Shown: piece by piece, positions 14,171-31,500 of the stretch
Position numbering within the stretch: position 1 is the stretch's first letter
Layout of the letters: each line of letters starts with the position of its first letter
Assembly (NCBI GenBank): GCA_964016885.1
Contig: OZ024741.1
Coordinates: forward strand, 374,666,001-374,730,000
Direction: 5' to 3'
DNA: 64,000 bases
DNA from: Eledone cirrhosa
Taxonomy: Eukaryota
The notes under the pieces: generated by a model
Told to the model about the DNA's origin: nothing
Databases searched by the model: none
The model's input: only the letters and a program-made list of their open reading frames with translations
Program-made: the position numbers and the translations under genes

Positions 14171-15739
14171 ATAACATTATGACCTATTGCAGCTCTTCCA
14201 TCACTCTCTAATATATTAGTACACATAACATTATGACCTATCGCAGCTCTTCTACCACTCTCTAATATATTAACATACATAACATTATGACCTATGGCAG
14301 CTCTTCCACCACTCTCTAATATATTAACATACATAACATTAAGACCTATTGCAGCTCTTCCACCACTCTCTGATATATTAGCATACATAACATTATGACC
14401 TATCGCAGCTCTTCTACCACTCTCTAATATATTAACATACATAACATTATGACCTATCGCAACTCTTCTGCCACTCTCTAATATATTAACATACATAACA
14501 TTAAGACCTATTGCAGCTCTTCCACCACTCTCTAATATAGTAGCATACATAACATCATGACCTATCGCAGCTCTTCTGCTACTCTCTAATATATTAACAT
14601 ACATAACATTATGACCTATCGCAGCTCTTCTGCCACTCTCTAATATATTAACATACATAACATTATGACCTATCGCAGCTCTTCTGCCACTCCCTAATAT
14701 ATTAACATACATAACATTATGACCTATCGCAGCTCTTCTACCACTCTCTAATATATTAACATACATAACATTAAGACCTATTGCAGCTCTTCCACCACTC
14801 TCTAATATATTAACATAAATAACATTAAGACCTATTGCAGTTCTTCCACCACTCTCTAATATATTAACATACATAACACTATGACCTATCGCAGCTCTTC
14901 TCCCACTCTCTCATATATTAACATACATAACATTATGACCTATCGCAGCTCTTCTCCCACTCTCTAATATATTAACATACATAACATTATGACCTATCGC
15001 AGCTCTTCTCCCACTCTCTAATATATTAACATACATAACATTATGACCTATCGCAGCTCTTCTGCCACTCTCTAATATATTAACATACATAACATTATGA
15101 CCTATCGCAGCTCTTCTGCCACTCTCTAAAATGTTAACATACGTAACATTAAGACATATTGCAGCTCTTCCACCACTCTCTAATATATTAACATACATAA
15201 CATTAAGACCTATTGCAGCTCTTCCACCACTCTCTAATATATTAACATACATAACACTATGACCTATCGCAGCTCTTCTGCCATTCTCTAATATATTAAC
15301 ATACATAACATTATGACCTATCGCAGCTCTTGTGCCACTCTCTAATATATTAACATACATAACATTAAGACCTATTGCAGCTCTTCCACCACTCTCTAAT
15401 ATATTAGCATACATAACATTATGACCTATCGCAGCTCTTCTACCACTCTCTAATATATTAACATACATAACATTATGACCTATTGCAGCTCTTCTGCCAC
15501 TCTCTAATATATTAACATACATAACATTATGACCTATCGCAGCTCTTCTGACACTCTCTAATATATTAACATACATAACATTAAGACCTATTGCAGCTCT
15601 TCCACCACTCTCTAATATATTAGCATACATAACATTATGACCTATCGCAGCTCTTCTACCACTCTCTAATATATTAACATACATAACATTATGACCTATC
15701 GCAGCTCTTCTACCACTCTCTAATATATTAACATACATA

Positions 15740-18700
15740 ACATTATGACCTATCGCAGCTCTTCCACCACTCTCTAATATATTAGCATACATAACATTAA
15801 GACCTATTGCAGCTCTTCCACCACTCTCTAATATATTAGCATACATAACATTATGACCTATCGCAGCTCTTCTGCCACTCTCTAATATATTAACATACAT
15901 AACATTAAGATCTATTGCAGCTCTTCCACCACTCTCTAATATATTAGCATACATAACATTATGACCTATCGCAGCTCTTCTACCACTCTCTAATATATTA
16001 ACATACATAACATTATGACCTATCGCAGCTCTTCTGCCACTCTCTAATATATTAACATACATAACATTAAGACCTATTGCAGCTCTTCCACCACTCTCTA
16101 ATATATTAGCATACATAACATCATGACCTATCGCAGCTCTTCTGCCACTCTCTAATATATTAACATACATAACATTATGACCTATCGCAGCTCTTCTCCC
16201 ACTCTCTAATATATTAACATACATAAAATTATGACCTATCGCAGCTCTTCTGCCACTCTCTGATATATTAACATACATAACATTATGACCTATCGCAGCT
16301 CTTCCACCACTCTCTAATATATTAAAATACATGACATTATGACCTATCGACAGCTCTTCCACCACTCTCTAATATATTAAAATACATAACATTATGACCT
16401 ATCGCAGCTCTTCTACCGCTCTCTAATATATTAGCATACATAACATTATGACCTATCGCATCTCTTCTACCACTCTCTAATATATTAACATACATGACAT
16501 TATGACCTATCGCAGCTCTGCCACCACTCTCTAATATATTAACATACATAACATTATGACCTATCGCAGCTCTTCCACCACTCTCTAATATATTAAAATA
16601 CATGACATTATGACCTATCGCAGCTCTTCTACCACTCTCTAATATATTAACATACATCACATTATGACCTCTCGCAGCTCTTCTGCCACTCTCTAATATA
16701 TTAACATACATAACATTATGACCTATCGCAGCTCTTCTCCCACTCTCTAATATATTAACATACATCACATTATGACCTATCGTAGCTCTTCCACCACTCT
16801 CTAGTATATTATCATACATAACATTATGACCTATCGCAGCTCTTCCACCACTCTCTAATATATTAACATACATAACATTATGACCTATCGCAGCTCTTCC
16901 ACCACTCTCTAATATATTAACATACATCACATTATGACCTATCGCAGTTCTTCTACCATTCTCTAATATATTAACATACATAACATTTTGACCTATCGCA
17001 GCTCTTCCACCACTCTCTAATATATTAACATACATAACATATGACCTATCGCAGCTCTTCCACCACTCTCTAATATATTAACATACATAACATTAAGACC
17101 TATTGCAGCTCTTCTACCACTCTCTAATATATTAACATACATAACATTATGACCTATCGCAGCTCTTCTGCCACTCTCTAATATATTAACATACATAACA
17201 TTAAGACCTATTGCAGTCCTTCCACCCCTCTCTAATATATTAACATACATAACATTAAGACATATTGCAGCTCTTCCACCACTCTCTAATATATTAACAT
17301 ACATAACATTAAGACCTATTGCAGCTCTTCCACCACTCTCTAATATATGAACATACATAACACTATGACCTATCGCAGCTCTTCTGCCATTCTCTAATAT
17401 ATTAACATACATAACATTATGACCTATCGCAGCTCTTGTGCCACTCTCTAATATATTAACATACATAACATTAAACCTATTGCAGCTCTTCCACCACTCT
17501 CTAATATATTAGCATACATAACATTATGACCTATCGCAGCTCTTCTACCACTCTCTAATATATTAACATACATAACATTATGACCTATCGCAGCTCTTCT
17601 GCCACTCTCTAATATATTAACATACATAACATTATGACCTATCGCAGCTCTTCTGACACTCTCTAATATATTAACATACATAACATTAAGACCTATTGCA
17701 GCTCTTCCACCACTCTCTAATATATTAGCATACATAACATTATGACCTATCGCAGCTCTTCTACCACTCTCTAATATATTAACATACATAACATTAAGAC
17801 CTATTGCAGTCCTTCCACCCCTCTCTAATATATTAACATACATAACATTAAGACATATTGCAGCTCTTCCACCACTCTCTAATATATTAACATACATAAC
17901 ATTAAGACCTATTGCAGCTCTTCCACCACTCTCTAATATATTAACATACATAACACTATGACCTATCGCAGCTCTTCTGCCATTCTCTAATATATTAACA
18001 TACATAACATTATGACCTATCGCAGCTCTTGTGCCACTCTCTAATATATTAACATACATAACATTAAACCTATTGCAGCTCTTCCACCACTCTCTAATAT
18101 ATTAGCATACATAACATTATGACCTATCGCAGCTCTTCCACCACTCTCTAATATATTAGCATACATAACATTAAGACCTATTGCAGCTCTTCCACCACTC
18201 TCTAATATATTAGCATACATAACATTATGACCTATCGCAGCTCTTCTGCCACTCTCTAATATATTAACATACATAACATTAAGACCTATTGCAGCTCTTC
18301 CACCACTCTCTAATATATTAGCATACATAACATTATGACCTATCGCAGCTCTTCTACCACTCTCTAATATATTAACATACATAACATTATGACCTATCGC
18401 AGCTCTTCTGCCACTCTCTAATATATTAACATACATAACATTAAGACCTATTGCAGCTCTTCCACCACTCTCTAATATATTAGCATACATAACATCATGA
18501 CCTATCGCAGCTCTTCTGCCACTCTCTAATATATTAACATACATAACATTATGACCTATCGCAGCTCTTCTCCCACTCTCTAATATATAAACATACATAA
18601 AATTATGACCTATCGCAGCTCTTCTGCCACTCTCTGATATATTAACATACATAACATTATGACCTATCGCAGCTCTTCCACCACTCTCTAATATATTAAA

Positions 18701-19350
18701 ATACATGACATTATGACCTATCGACAGCTCTTCCACCACTCTCTAATATATTAAAATACATAACATTATGACCTATCGCAGCTCTTCTACCGCTCTCTAA
18801 TATATTAGCATACATAACATTATGACCTATCGCATCTCTTCTACCACTCTCTAATATATTAACATACATGACATTATGACCTATCGCAGCTCTGCCACCA
18901 CTCTCTAATATATTAACATACATAACATTATGACCTATCGCAGCTCTTCCACCACTCTCTAACATATTAAAATACATGACATTATGACCTATCGCAGCTC
19001 TTCTACCACTCTCTAATATATTAACATACATCACATTATGACCTATCGCAGCTCTTCTGCCACTCTCTAATATATTAACATACATAACATTATGACCTAT
19101 CGCAGCTCTTCTACCACTCTCTAATATATTAACATACATCACATTATGACCTATCGCAGCTCTTCCACCACTCTCTAATATATTATCATACATAACATTA
19201 TGACCTATCGCAGCTCTTCCACCACTCTCTAATATATTAACATACATAACATTATGACCTATCGCAGCTCTTCCACCACTCTCTAATATATTAACATACA
19301 TCACATTATGACCTATCGCAGCTCTTCTACCATTCTCTAATATATTAACA
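15740..19350. repeat. Duplication at offset 2,374 bp (44 monomers minus 2 bp) with an internal 593-bp (11 monomers minus 1 bp) repeat
   Basis: The +A monomer at 16350/18724 carries the same flanking variants (ATAAAATT, TCTGAT, CCGCTC, GCATCTC). The TTAAACCTA 1-bp deletion occurs at about 17475 and 18068. Boundaries are approximate. Confidence 0.82.
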
Positions 19351-22300
19351 TACATAACATTATGACCTATCGCAGCTATTCTCCCACTCTCTAATATATT
19401 AACATACATAACATTATGACCTATCGCAGCTCTTCTGCCACTCTCTAATATATTAACATACATAACATTAAGACCTATTGCAGCTCTTCTACCACTCTCT
19501 AATATATTAACATACATAACATTATGAACTATCGCAGCTTTTCTGCCACTCTCTAATATATTAACATACATAACATTATGACCTATTGCAGCTCTTCTCC
19601 CACTCTCTAATATATTAACATACATGACATTAAGAGCTATTGCAGCTCTTCTACCACTCTCTAATATATTAACATACATAACATTAAGACCTATTGCAGC
19701 TCTTCTCCCACTCTCTAATATATTAACATACATAACATTAAGACCTATTGCAGCTCTTCTACCACTCTATAATATATTAACATACATAACATTAAGACCT
19801 ATTGCAGCTCTTCTGCCACTCTCTAATATATTAACATACATAACATTAAGACCTATTGCAGCTCTTCCACCACTCTCTAATATATTAACATACATAACAT
19901 TAAGACCTATTGCAGCTCTTCCACCACTCTCTAATATATTAACATACATAACTTTAAGACCTATTGCAGCTCTTCTGCCACTCTCTAATATATTAACATA
20001 CATAACATTAAGACCTATTGCAGCTCTTCCACCACTCTCTAATATATTAACATACATCACATTAAGACCTATTGCAGCTCTTCCACCACTCTCTAATATA
20101 GTAACATACATAACAATATGACCTATCGCAGCTCTTCTCCCACTCTCTAATATATTAACATACATAACATTATGATCTATCGCAGCTCTTCTCCCACTCT
20201 CTAATATATTAACATACATAACACTATGACCTATCGCAGCTCTTCTCCCACTCTCTAATATATTAACATACATAACATTATGACCTATCGCAGCTCTTCT
20301 CCCACTCTCTAATATATTAACATACATAACATTATGACCTATCGCAGCTCTTCTCCCACTCTCTAATATATTAACATACATAACATTATGACCTATCGCA
20401 GCTCTTCCACCACTCTCTAATATATTAACATACATAACATTAAGACCTATCGCAGCTCTTCTGCCACTCTCTAATATATTAACATACATAACATTAAGAC
20501 CTATTGCAGCTCTTCCACCACTCTCTAATATATTAACATACATAACATTAAGACCTATTGCAGCTCTTCCACCACTCTCTAATATATTAACATACATAAC
20601 ACTATGACATATCGCAGCTCTTCCACCACTCTCTAATATATTAACATACATAATATTAAGACCTATTGCAGCTCTTCCACCACTCTCTAATATATTAGTA
20701 TACATAACATTATGACCTATCGCAGCTCTTCTACCACTCTCTAATATATTAACATACATAACATTATGACCTATCGCAGCTCTTCCACCACTCTCTAATA
20801 TATTAGCATACATAACATTAAGACCTATTGCAGCTCTTCCACCACTCTCTAATATATTAGCATACATAACATTATGACCTATCGCAGCTCTTCCACCACT
20901 CTCTAATATATTAAAATACATAACATTATGACCTATCGCAGCTCTTCTACCGCTCTCTAATATATTAGCATACATAACATTATGACCTATCGCAGCTCTT
21001 CTACCACTCTCTAATATATTAACATACATAACATTAAGACCTATTGCAGCTCTTCCACCACTCTCTAATATATTAGTATACATAACATTATGACCTATCG
21101 CAGCTCTTCTATCACTCTCTAATATATTAACATACATAACATTATGACCTATCGCAGCTCTTCCACCACTCTCTAATATATTAGCATACATAACATTAAG
21201 ACCTATTGCAGCTCTTCCACCACTCTCTAATATATTAGCATACATAACATTATGACCTATCGCAGCTCTTCCACCACTCTCTAATATATTAAAATACATA
21301 ACATTATGACCTATCGCAGCTCTTCTCCCACTCTCTAATATATTAACATACATAACATTATGACCTATCGCAGCTCTTCTGCCACTCTCTAATATATTAA
21401 CATACATAACATTAAGACCTATTGCAGCTCTTCCACCACTCTCTAATATATTAACATACATAACATTAAGACCTATTGCAGCTCTTCCACCACTCTCTAA
21501 TATATTAACATACATAACACTATGACCTATCGCAGCTCTTCTACCACTCTCTAATATATTAACATACATCACATTATGACCTATCGCAGCTCTTCTGCCA
21601 CTCTCTAATATATTAACATACATAACATTATGACCTATCGCAGCTCTTCTACCACTCTCTAATATATTAACATACATCACATTATGACCTATCGCAGCTC
21701 TTCCACCACTCTCTAATATATTATCATACATAACATTATGACCTATCGCAGCTCTTCCACCACTCTCTAATATATTAACATACATAACATTATGACCTAT
21801 CGCAGCTCTTCCACCACTCTCTAATATATTAACATACATGACATTAAGAGTTATTGCAGCTCTTCTACCACTCTCTAATATATTAACATACATAACATTA
21901 AGACCTATTGCAGCTCTTCTACCACTCTCTAATATATTAACATACATAACATTATGACCTATCGCAGCTCTTCTGTCACTCTCTAATATAATAACATACA
22001 TAACATTATGACCTATCGCAGCTCTTCTCCCACTCTCTAATATATTAACATACATAACATTAAGACCTATTGCAGCTCTTCTACCACTCTCTAATATATT
22101 AACATACATAACATTAAGACCTATTGCAGCTCTTCTGCCACTCTCTAATATATTAACATACATAACATTAAGACCTATTGCAGCTCTTCCGCCACTCTCT
22201 AATATATTAACATACATAACATTAAGAACTATTGCAGCTCTTCCGCCACTCTCTAATATATTAACATACATAACATTAAGACCTATTGCAGCTCTTCCAC

Positions 22301-23434
22301 CACTCTCTAATATATTAACATACATAACACTATGACCTAATGCAGCTCTTCTCCCACTCTCTAATATATTAACATACATAACATTATGACCTATCGCAGC
22401 TCTTCTCCCACTCTCTAATATATTAACATACATAACACTATGACCTATCGCAGCTCTTCTCCCACTCTCTAATATATTAACATACATAACATTATGACCT
22501 ATCGCCGCTCTTCTGCCACTCTCTAATATATTAACATACATAACATTAAGACCTATTGCAGCTCTTCTACCACTCTATAATATATTAACATACATAACTT
22601 TAAGACCTATTGCAGCTCTTCTACCACTCTCTAATATATTAACATACATAACATTATGACCTATCGCAGCTCTTCTACCACTCTCTAATATATTAACATA
22701 CATAACATTAAGACCTATTGCAGCTCTTCTGCCACTCTCTAATATATTAACATACATAACATTAAGACCTATTGCAGCTCTTCCACCACTCTCTAATATA
22801 TTAACATACATAACATTAAGACCTATTGCAGCTCTTCCATCACTCTCTAATATATTAACATACATAACACTATGACCTATCGCAGCTCTTCTCCCACTCT
22901 CTAATATATTAACATACATAACATTATGATCTATCGCAACTCTTCTCCCACTCTCTAATATATTAACATACATAACACTATGACCTATCGCAGCTCTTCT
23001 CCTACTCTCTAATATATTAACATACATAACATTATGACCTATCGCAGCTCTTCTCGCACTCTCTAATATATTAACATACATAACATTATGACCTATCGCA
23101 GCTCTTCCACCACTCTCTAATATATTAGCATACATAACATTAAGACCTATTGCAGCTCTTCCACCACTCTCTAATATATTAGCATACATAACATTATGAC
23201 CTATCGCAGCTCTTCCACCACTCTCTAATATATTAAAATACATAACATTATGACCTATCGCAGCTCTTCTACCGCTCTCTAATATATTAGCATACATAAC
23301 ATTATGACCTATCGCAGCTCTTCTACCACTCTCTAATATATTAACATACATAACATTAAGACCTATTGCAGCTCTTCCACCACTCTCTAATATATTAGTA
23401 TACATAACATTATGACCTATCGCAGCTCTTCTAC

Positions 23435-26400
23435 CACTCTCTAATATATTAACATACATAACATTATGACCTATCGCAGCTCTTCCACCACTCTCTAATA
23501 TATTAGCATACATAACATTAAGACCTATTGCAGCTCTTCCACCACTCTCTAATATATTAACATACATAACATTAAGACCTATTGCAGCTCTTCCACCACT
23601 CTCTAATATATTAACATACATAACATTAAGACCTATTGCAGCTCTTCCACCACTCTCTAATATATTAACATACATAACACTATGACCTATCGCAGCTCTT
23701 CTACCACTCTCTAATATATTAACATACATCACATTATGACCTATCGCAGCTCTTCTGCCACTCTCTAATATATTAACATACATAACATTATGACCTATCG
23801 CAGCTCTTCTACCACTCTCTAATATATTAACATACATAACATTATGACCTATCCTAGCTCTTCTCCCACTCTCTAATATATTAACATACATAACATTAAG
23901 ACCTATTGCAGCTCTTCTACCACTCTCTAATATATTAACATACATAACATTAAGACCTATTGCAGCTCTTCTGCCACTCTCTAATATATTAACATACATA
24001 ACATTAAGACCTATTGCAGCTCTTCCGCCACTCTCTAATATATTAACATACATAACATTAAGACCTATTGCAGCTCTTCCGCCACTCTCTAATATATAAA
24101 CATACATAACATTAAGACCTATTGCAGCTCTTCCACCACTCTCTAATATATTAACATACATAACACTATGACCTATCGCAGCTCTTCTCCCACTCTCTAA
24201 TATATTAACATACATAACATTATGACCTATCGCAGCTCTTCTCCCACTCTCTAATATATTAACATACATAACACTATGACCTATCGCAGCTCTTCTCCCA
24301 CTCTCTAATATATTAACATACATAACACTATGACCTATCGCAGCTCTTCTCCCACTCTCTAATATATTAACATACATAACATTATGACCTATCGCAGCTC
24401 TTCTCCCACTCTCTAATATATTAACATACATAACATTATGACCTATCGCAGCTCTTCTCCCACTCTCTAATATATTAACATACATAACATTATGACCTAT
24501 CGCAACTCTTCCACCAATCTCTAATATATTAACGTACATAACATTAAGACCTATCGCAGCTCTTCTGCCACTCTCTAATATATTAACATACATAACATTA
24601 AGACCTATTGCAGCTCTTCCACCACTCTCTAATATATTAACATACATAACATTAAGACCTATTGCAGCTCTTCCACCACTCTCTAATGTATTAACATACA
24701 TAACACTATGACCTATCGCAGCTCTTCTCCCACTCTCTAATATATTAACATACATATCATTATGACCTATCGCAGCTCTTCCACCACTCTCTAATATATT
24801 AGCATACATAACATTATGACCTATCGCAGCTCTTCTACCACTCTCTAATATATTAACATACATGACATTATGACCTATCGACAGCTCTTCCACCACTCTC
24901 TAATATATTAACATACATAACATTATGACCTATCGCAGCTCTTCCACCACTCTCTAATATATTAACATACATAACATTAAGACCTATTGCAGCTCTTCCA
25001 CCACTCTCTAATATATTAGTATACATAACATTATGACCTATCGCAGCTCTTCTACCACTCTCTAATGTTTTAACATACATAACATTATGACCTATCGCAG
25101 CTCTTCCACCACTCTCTAATATATTAGCATACATAACATTATGACCTATCGCAGCTCTTCTGCCACTCTCTAATATATTAACATACATAACATTATGACC
25201 TATCGCAGCTCTTCTCCCACTCTCTAATATATTAACATACATAACATTATGACCTATCGCAGCTCTTCTGCCACTCTCTAATATATTAACATACATAACA
25301 TTATGACCTATCGCAGCTCTTCTGCCACTCTCTAATATATTAACATACATAACATTATGACCTATCGCAGCTCTTCTGCCACTCTCTATTATATTAACAT
25401 ACATAACATTATGACCTATCGCAGCTCTTCTCCCACTCTCTAATATATTAACATACATAACATTATGACCTATCGCAGCTCTTCTGCCACTCTCTAATAT
25501 ATTAACATACATAACATTATGACCTATCGCAGCTCTTCTGCCACTCTCTAATATATTAACATACATAACATTATGACCTATCGCAGCTCTTCTGCCACTC
25601 TCTATTATATTAACATACATAACATTATGACCTATCGCAGCTCTTCTACCACTCTCTAATGTTTTAACATACATAACATTATGACCTATCGCAGCTCTTC
25701 TCCCACTCTCTAATATATTAACATACATAACATTATGACCTATCGCAGCTCTTCTGCCACTCTCTAATATATTAACATACATAACATTATGACCTATCGC
25801 AGCTCTTCTGCCACTCTCTAATATATTAACATACATAACATTATGACCTATCGCAGCTCTTCTGCCACTCTCTATTATATTAACATACATAACATTATGA
25901 CCTATCGCAGCTCTTCCACCACTCTCTAATATATTAGCATACATAACATTATGACCTATCGCAGCTCTTCTGCCACTCTCTAATATATTAACATACATAA
26001 CATTATGACCTATCGCAGCTCTTCCACCACTCTCTAATATATTAGCATACATAACATTAAGACCTATTGCAGCTCTTCCACCACTCTCTAATATATTAAC
26101 ATACATAACATTAAGACCTATTGCAGCTCTTCCACCACTCTCTAATATATTAACATACATAACATTAAGACCTATTGCAGCTCTTCCACCACTCTCTAAT
26201 ATATTAACATACATAACACTATGACCTATCGCAGCTCTTCTACCACTCTCTAATATATTAACATACATCACATTATGACCTATCGCAGCTCTTCTGCCAC
26301 TCTCTAATATATTAACATACATAACATTATGACCTATCGCAGCTCTTCTACCACTCTCTAATATATTAACATACATAACATTATGACCTATCCTAGCTCT

Positions 26401-27969
26401 TCTCCCACTCTCTAATATATTAACATACATAACATTAAGACCTATTGCAGCTCTTCTACCACTCTCTAATATATTAACATACATAACATTAAGACCTATT
26501 GCAGCTCTTCTGCCACTCTCTAATATATTAACATACATAACATTAAGACCTATTGCAGCTCTTCCGCCACTCTCTAATATATTAACATACATAACATTAA
26601 GACCTATTGCAGCTCTTCCGCCACTCTCTAATATATAAACATACATAACATTAAGACCTATTGCAGCTCTTCCACCACTCTCTAATATATTAACATACAT
26701 AACACTATGACCTATCGCAGCTCTTCTCCCACTCTCTAATATATTAACATACATAACATTATGACCTATCGCAGCTCTTCTCCCACTCTCTAATATATTA
26801 ACATACATAACACTATGACCTATCGCAGCTCTTCTCCCACTCTCTAATATATTAACATACATAACACTATGACCTATCGCAGCTCTTCTCCCACTCTCTA
26901 ATATATTAACATACATAACATTATGACCTATCGCAGCTCTTCTCCCACTCTCTAATATATTAACATACATAACATTATGACCTATCGCAGCTCTTCTCCC
27001 ACTCTCTAATATATTAACATACATAACATTATGACCTATCGCAACTCTTCCACCAATCTCTAATATATTAACGTACATAACATTAAGACCTATCGCAGCT
27101 CTTCTGCCACTCTCTAATATATTAACATACATAACATTAAGACCTATTGCAGCTCTTCCACCACTCTCTAATATATTAACATACATAACATTAAGACCTA
27201 TTGCAGCTCTTCCACCACTCTCTAATGTATTAACATACATAACACTATGACCTATCGCAGCTCTTCTCCCACTCTCTAATATATTAACATACATATCATT
27301 ATGACCTATCGCAGCTCTTCCACCACTCTCTAATATATTAGCATACATAACATTATGACCTATCGCAGCTCTTCTACCACTCTCTAATATATTAACATAC
27401 ATGACATTATGACCTATCGACAGCTCTTCCACCACTCTCTAATATATTAACATACATAACATTATGACCTATCGCAGCTCTTCCACCACTCTCTAATATA
27501 TTAACATACATAACATTAAGACCTATTGCAGCTCTTCCACCACTCTCTAATATATTAGTATACATAACATTATGACCTATCGCAGCTCTTCTACCACTCT
27601 CTAATGTTTTAACATACATAACATTATGACCTATCGCAGCTCTTCCACCACTCTCTAATATATTAGCATACATAACATTATGACCTATCGCAGCTCTTCT
27701 GCCACTCTCTAATATATTAACATACATAACATTATGACCTATCGCAGCTCTTCTCCCACTCTCTAATATATTAACATACATAACATTATGACCTATCGCA
27801 GCTCTTCTGCCACTCTCTAATATATTAACATACATAACATTATGACCTATCGCAGCTCTTCTGCCACTCTCTAATATATTAACATACATAACATTATGAC
27901 CTATCGCAGCTCTTCTGCCACTCTCTATTATATTAACATACATAACATTATGACCTATCGCAGCTCTTC
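23435..27969. repeat. Duplication at offset 2,539 bp (47 monomers + 1 bp); about 2.0 kb shared
   Basis: TCCTAG 23852/26391, +A monomer 24881/27420, TCTATT 25385/27924. The ORFs starting at 24896 and 27435 have identical N-terminal translations. Confidence 0.9.
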
Positions 27970-28515
27970 TACCACTCTCTAATATATTAACATACATGAC
28001 ATTATGACCTATCGCAGCTCTGCCACCACTCTCTAATATATTAACATACATAACATTATGACCTATCGCAGCTCTTCCACCACTCTCTAATATATTAAAA
28101 TACATGACATTATGACCTATCGCAGCTCTTCTGCCACTCTCTAATATATTAACATACATAATATTATGACCTATAGCAGCTCTTCTGCCACTCTCTAATA
28201 TATTAACATACATAACATTATGACCTATCGCAGCTCTTCCACCACTCTCTAATATATTAACATACATGGCATTAAGAGCTATTGCAGCTCTTCTACCACT
28301 CTCTAATATATTAACATACATAACATTATGACCTATCGCAGCTCTTCCACCACTCTCTAATATATTAACATACATGACATTAAGAGCTATTGCAGCTCTT
28401 CTACCACTCTCTAATATATTAACATACATAACATTAAGACCTATTGCAGCTCTTCCACCACTCTCTAATATATTAACATACATAACATTATGACCTATCG
28501 CAGCTCTTCTGTCAA

Positions 28516-31500
28516 TCTCTAATATATTAACATACATAACATTATGACCTATCGCAGCTCTTCTCCCACTCTCTAATATATTAACATACATAACATTAAG
28601 ACCTATTGCAGCTCTTCTACCACTCTATAATATATTAACATACATAACATTAAGACCTATTGCAGCTCTTCTACCACTCTCTAATATATTAACATACATA
28701 ACATTATGACCTATCGCAGCTCTTCTACCACTCTCTAATATATTAACATACATAACATTAAGACCTATTGCAGCTCTTCTGCCACTCTCTAATATATTAA
28801 CATACATAACATTAAGACCTATTGCAGCTCTTCCACCACTCTCTAATATATTAACATACATAACATTAAGACCTATTGCAGCTCTTCCACCACTCTCTAA
28901 TATATTAACATACATAACACTATGACCTATCGCAGCTCTTCTCCCACTCTCTAATATATTAACATACATAACATTATGATCTATCGCAACTCTTCTCCCA
29001 CTCTCTAATATATTAACATACATAACACTATGACCTATCGCAGCTCTTCTCCCACTCTCTAATATATTAACATACATAACATTATGACCTATCGCAGCTC
29101 TTCCACCACTCTCTAATATATTAACATACATAACATTAAGACCTATTGCAGCTCTTCCACCACTCTCTAATATATTAGTATACATAACATTATGACCTAT
29201 CGCAGCTCTTCTACCACTCTCTAATATATTAACATACATAACATTATGACCTATCGCAGCTCTTCCACCACTCTCTAATATATTAGCATACATAACATTA
29301 AGACCTATTGCAGCTCTTCCACCACTCTCTAATATATTAGCATACATAACATTATGACCTATCGCAGCTCTTCCACCACTCTCTAATATATTAAAATACA
29401 TGACATTATGACCTATCGATAGCTCTTACACCACTCTCTAATATATTAAAATACATAACATGATGACCTATCACAGCTCTTCTACCGCTCTCTAATATAT
29501 TAGCATACATAACATTATGACCTATCGCAGCTCTTCTACCACTCTCTAATATATTAACATACATGACATTATGACCTCTCGCAGCTCTTCCACCACTCTC
29601 TAATATATTAAAATACATGACATTATGACCTATCGCAGCTCTTCTACCACTCTCTAATATATTAACATACATCACATTATGACCTATCGCAGCTCTTCTG
29701 CCACTCTCTAATATATTAACATACATAACATTATGACCTATAGCAGCTCTTCTGCCACTCTCTAATATATTAACATACATAACATTATGACCTATCGCAG
29801 CTCTTCTACCACTCTCTAATATATTATCATACATAACATTATGACCTATAGCAGCTCTTCTGCCACTCTCTAATATATTAACATACATCACATTATGACC
29901 TATCGCAGCTCTTCCACCACTCTCTAATATATAATCATACATAACATTATGACCTATTGCAGCTCTTCCACCACTCTCTAATATATTAACATACATAACA
30001 TTAAGACCTATTGCAGCTCTTCTGCCACTCTCTAATATATTAACATACATAACACTATGACCTAATGCAGCTCTTCTCCCACTCTCTAATATATTAACAT
30101 ACATAACATTATGACCTATCGCAGCTCTTCCACCACTCTCTAATATATAATCATACATAACATTATGACCTATTGCAGCTCTTCCACCACTCTCTAATAT
30201 ATTATCATACATAACATTATGACCTATAGCAGCTCTTCTGCCACTCTCTAATATATTAACATACATCACATTATGACCTATCGCAGCTCTTCCACCACTC
30301 TCTAATGTATTAACATACATGACACTATGACCTATCGCAGCTCTTCTCCCACTCTCTAATATATTAACATACATAACATTAAGACCTATTGCAGCTCTTC
30401 TGCCACTCTCTAATATATTAACATACATAACATTAAGACCTATTGCAGCTCTTCCGCCACTCTCTAATATATTAACATACATAACATTAAGAACTATTGC
30501 AGCTCTTCCGCCACTCTCTAATATATTAACATACATAACATTAAGACCTATTGCAGCTCTTCCACCACTCTCTAATATATTAACATACATAACACTATGA
30601 CCTAATGCAGCTCTTCTCCCACTCTCTAATATATTAACATACATAACATTATGACCTATCGCAGCTCTTCTCCCACTCTCTAATATATTAACATACATAA
30701 CACTATGACCTATCGCAGCTCTTCTCCCACTCTCTAATATATTAACATACATAACATTATGACCTATCGCCGCTCTTCTGCCACTCTCTAATATATTAAC
30801 ATACATAACATTAAGACCTATTGCAGCTCTTCTACCACTCTATAATATATTAACATACATAACTTTAAGACCTATTGCAGCTCTTCTACCACTCTCTAAT
30901 ATATTAACATACATAACATTATGACCTATCGCAGCTCTTCTACCACTCTCTAATATATTAACATACATAACATTAAGACCTATTGCAGCTCTTCTGCCAC
31001 TCTCTAATATATTAACATACATAACATTAAGACCTATTGCAGCTCTTCCACCACTCTCTAATATATTAACATACATAACATTAAGACCTATTGCAGCTCT
31101 TCCATCACTCTCTAATATATTAACATACATAACACTATGACCTATCGCAGCTCTTCTCCCACTCTCTAATATATTAACATACATAACATTATGATCTATC
31201 GCAACTCTTCTCCCACTCTCTAATATATTAACATACATAACACTATGACCTATCGCAGCTCTTCTCCTACTCTCTAATATATTAACATACATAACATTAT
31301 GACCTATCGCAGCTCTTCTCCCACTCTCTAATATATTAACATACATAACATTATGACCTATCGCAGCTCTTCCACCACTCTCTAATATATTAGCATACAT
31401 AACATTAAGACCTATTGCAGCTCTTCCACCACTCTCTAATATATTAGCATACATAACATTATGACCTATCGCAGCTCTTCCACCACTCTCTAATATATTA

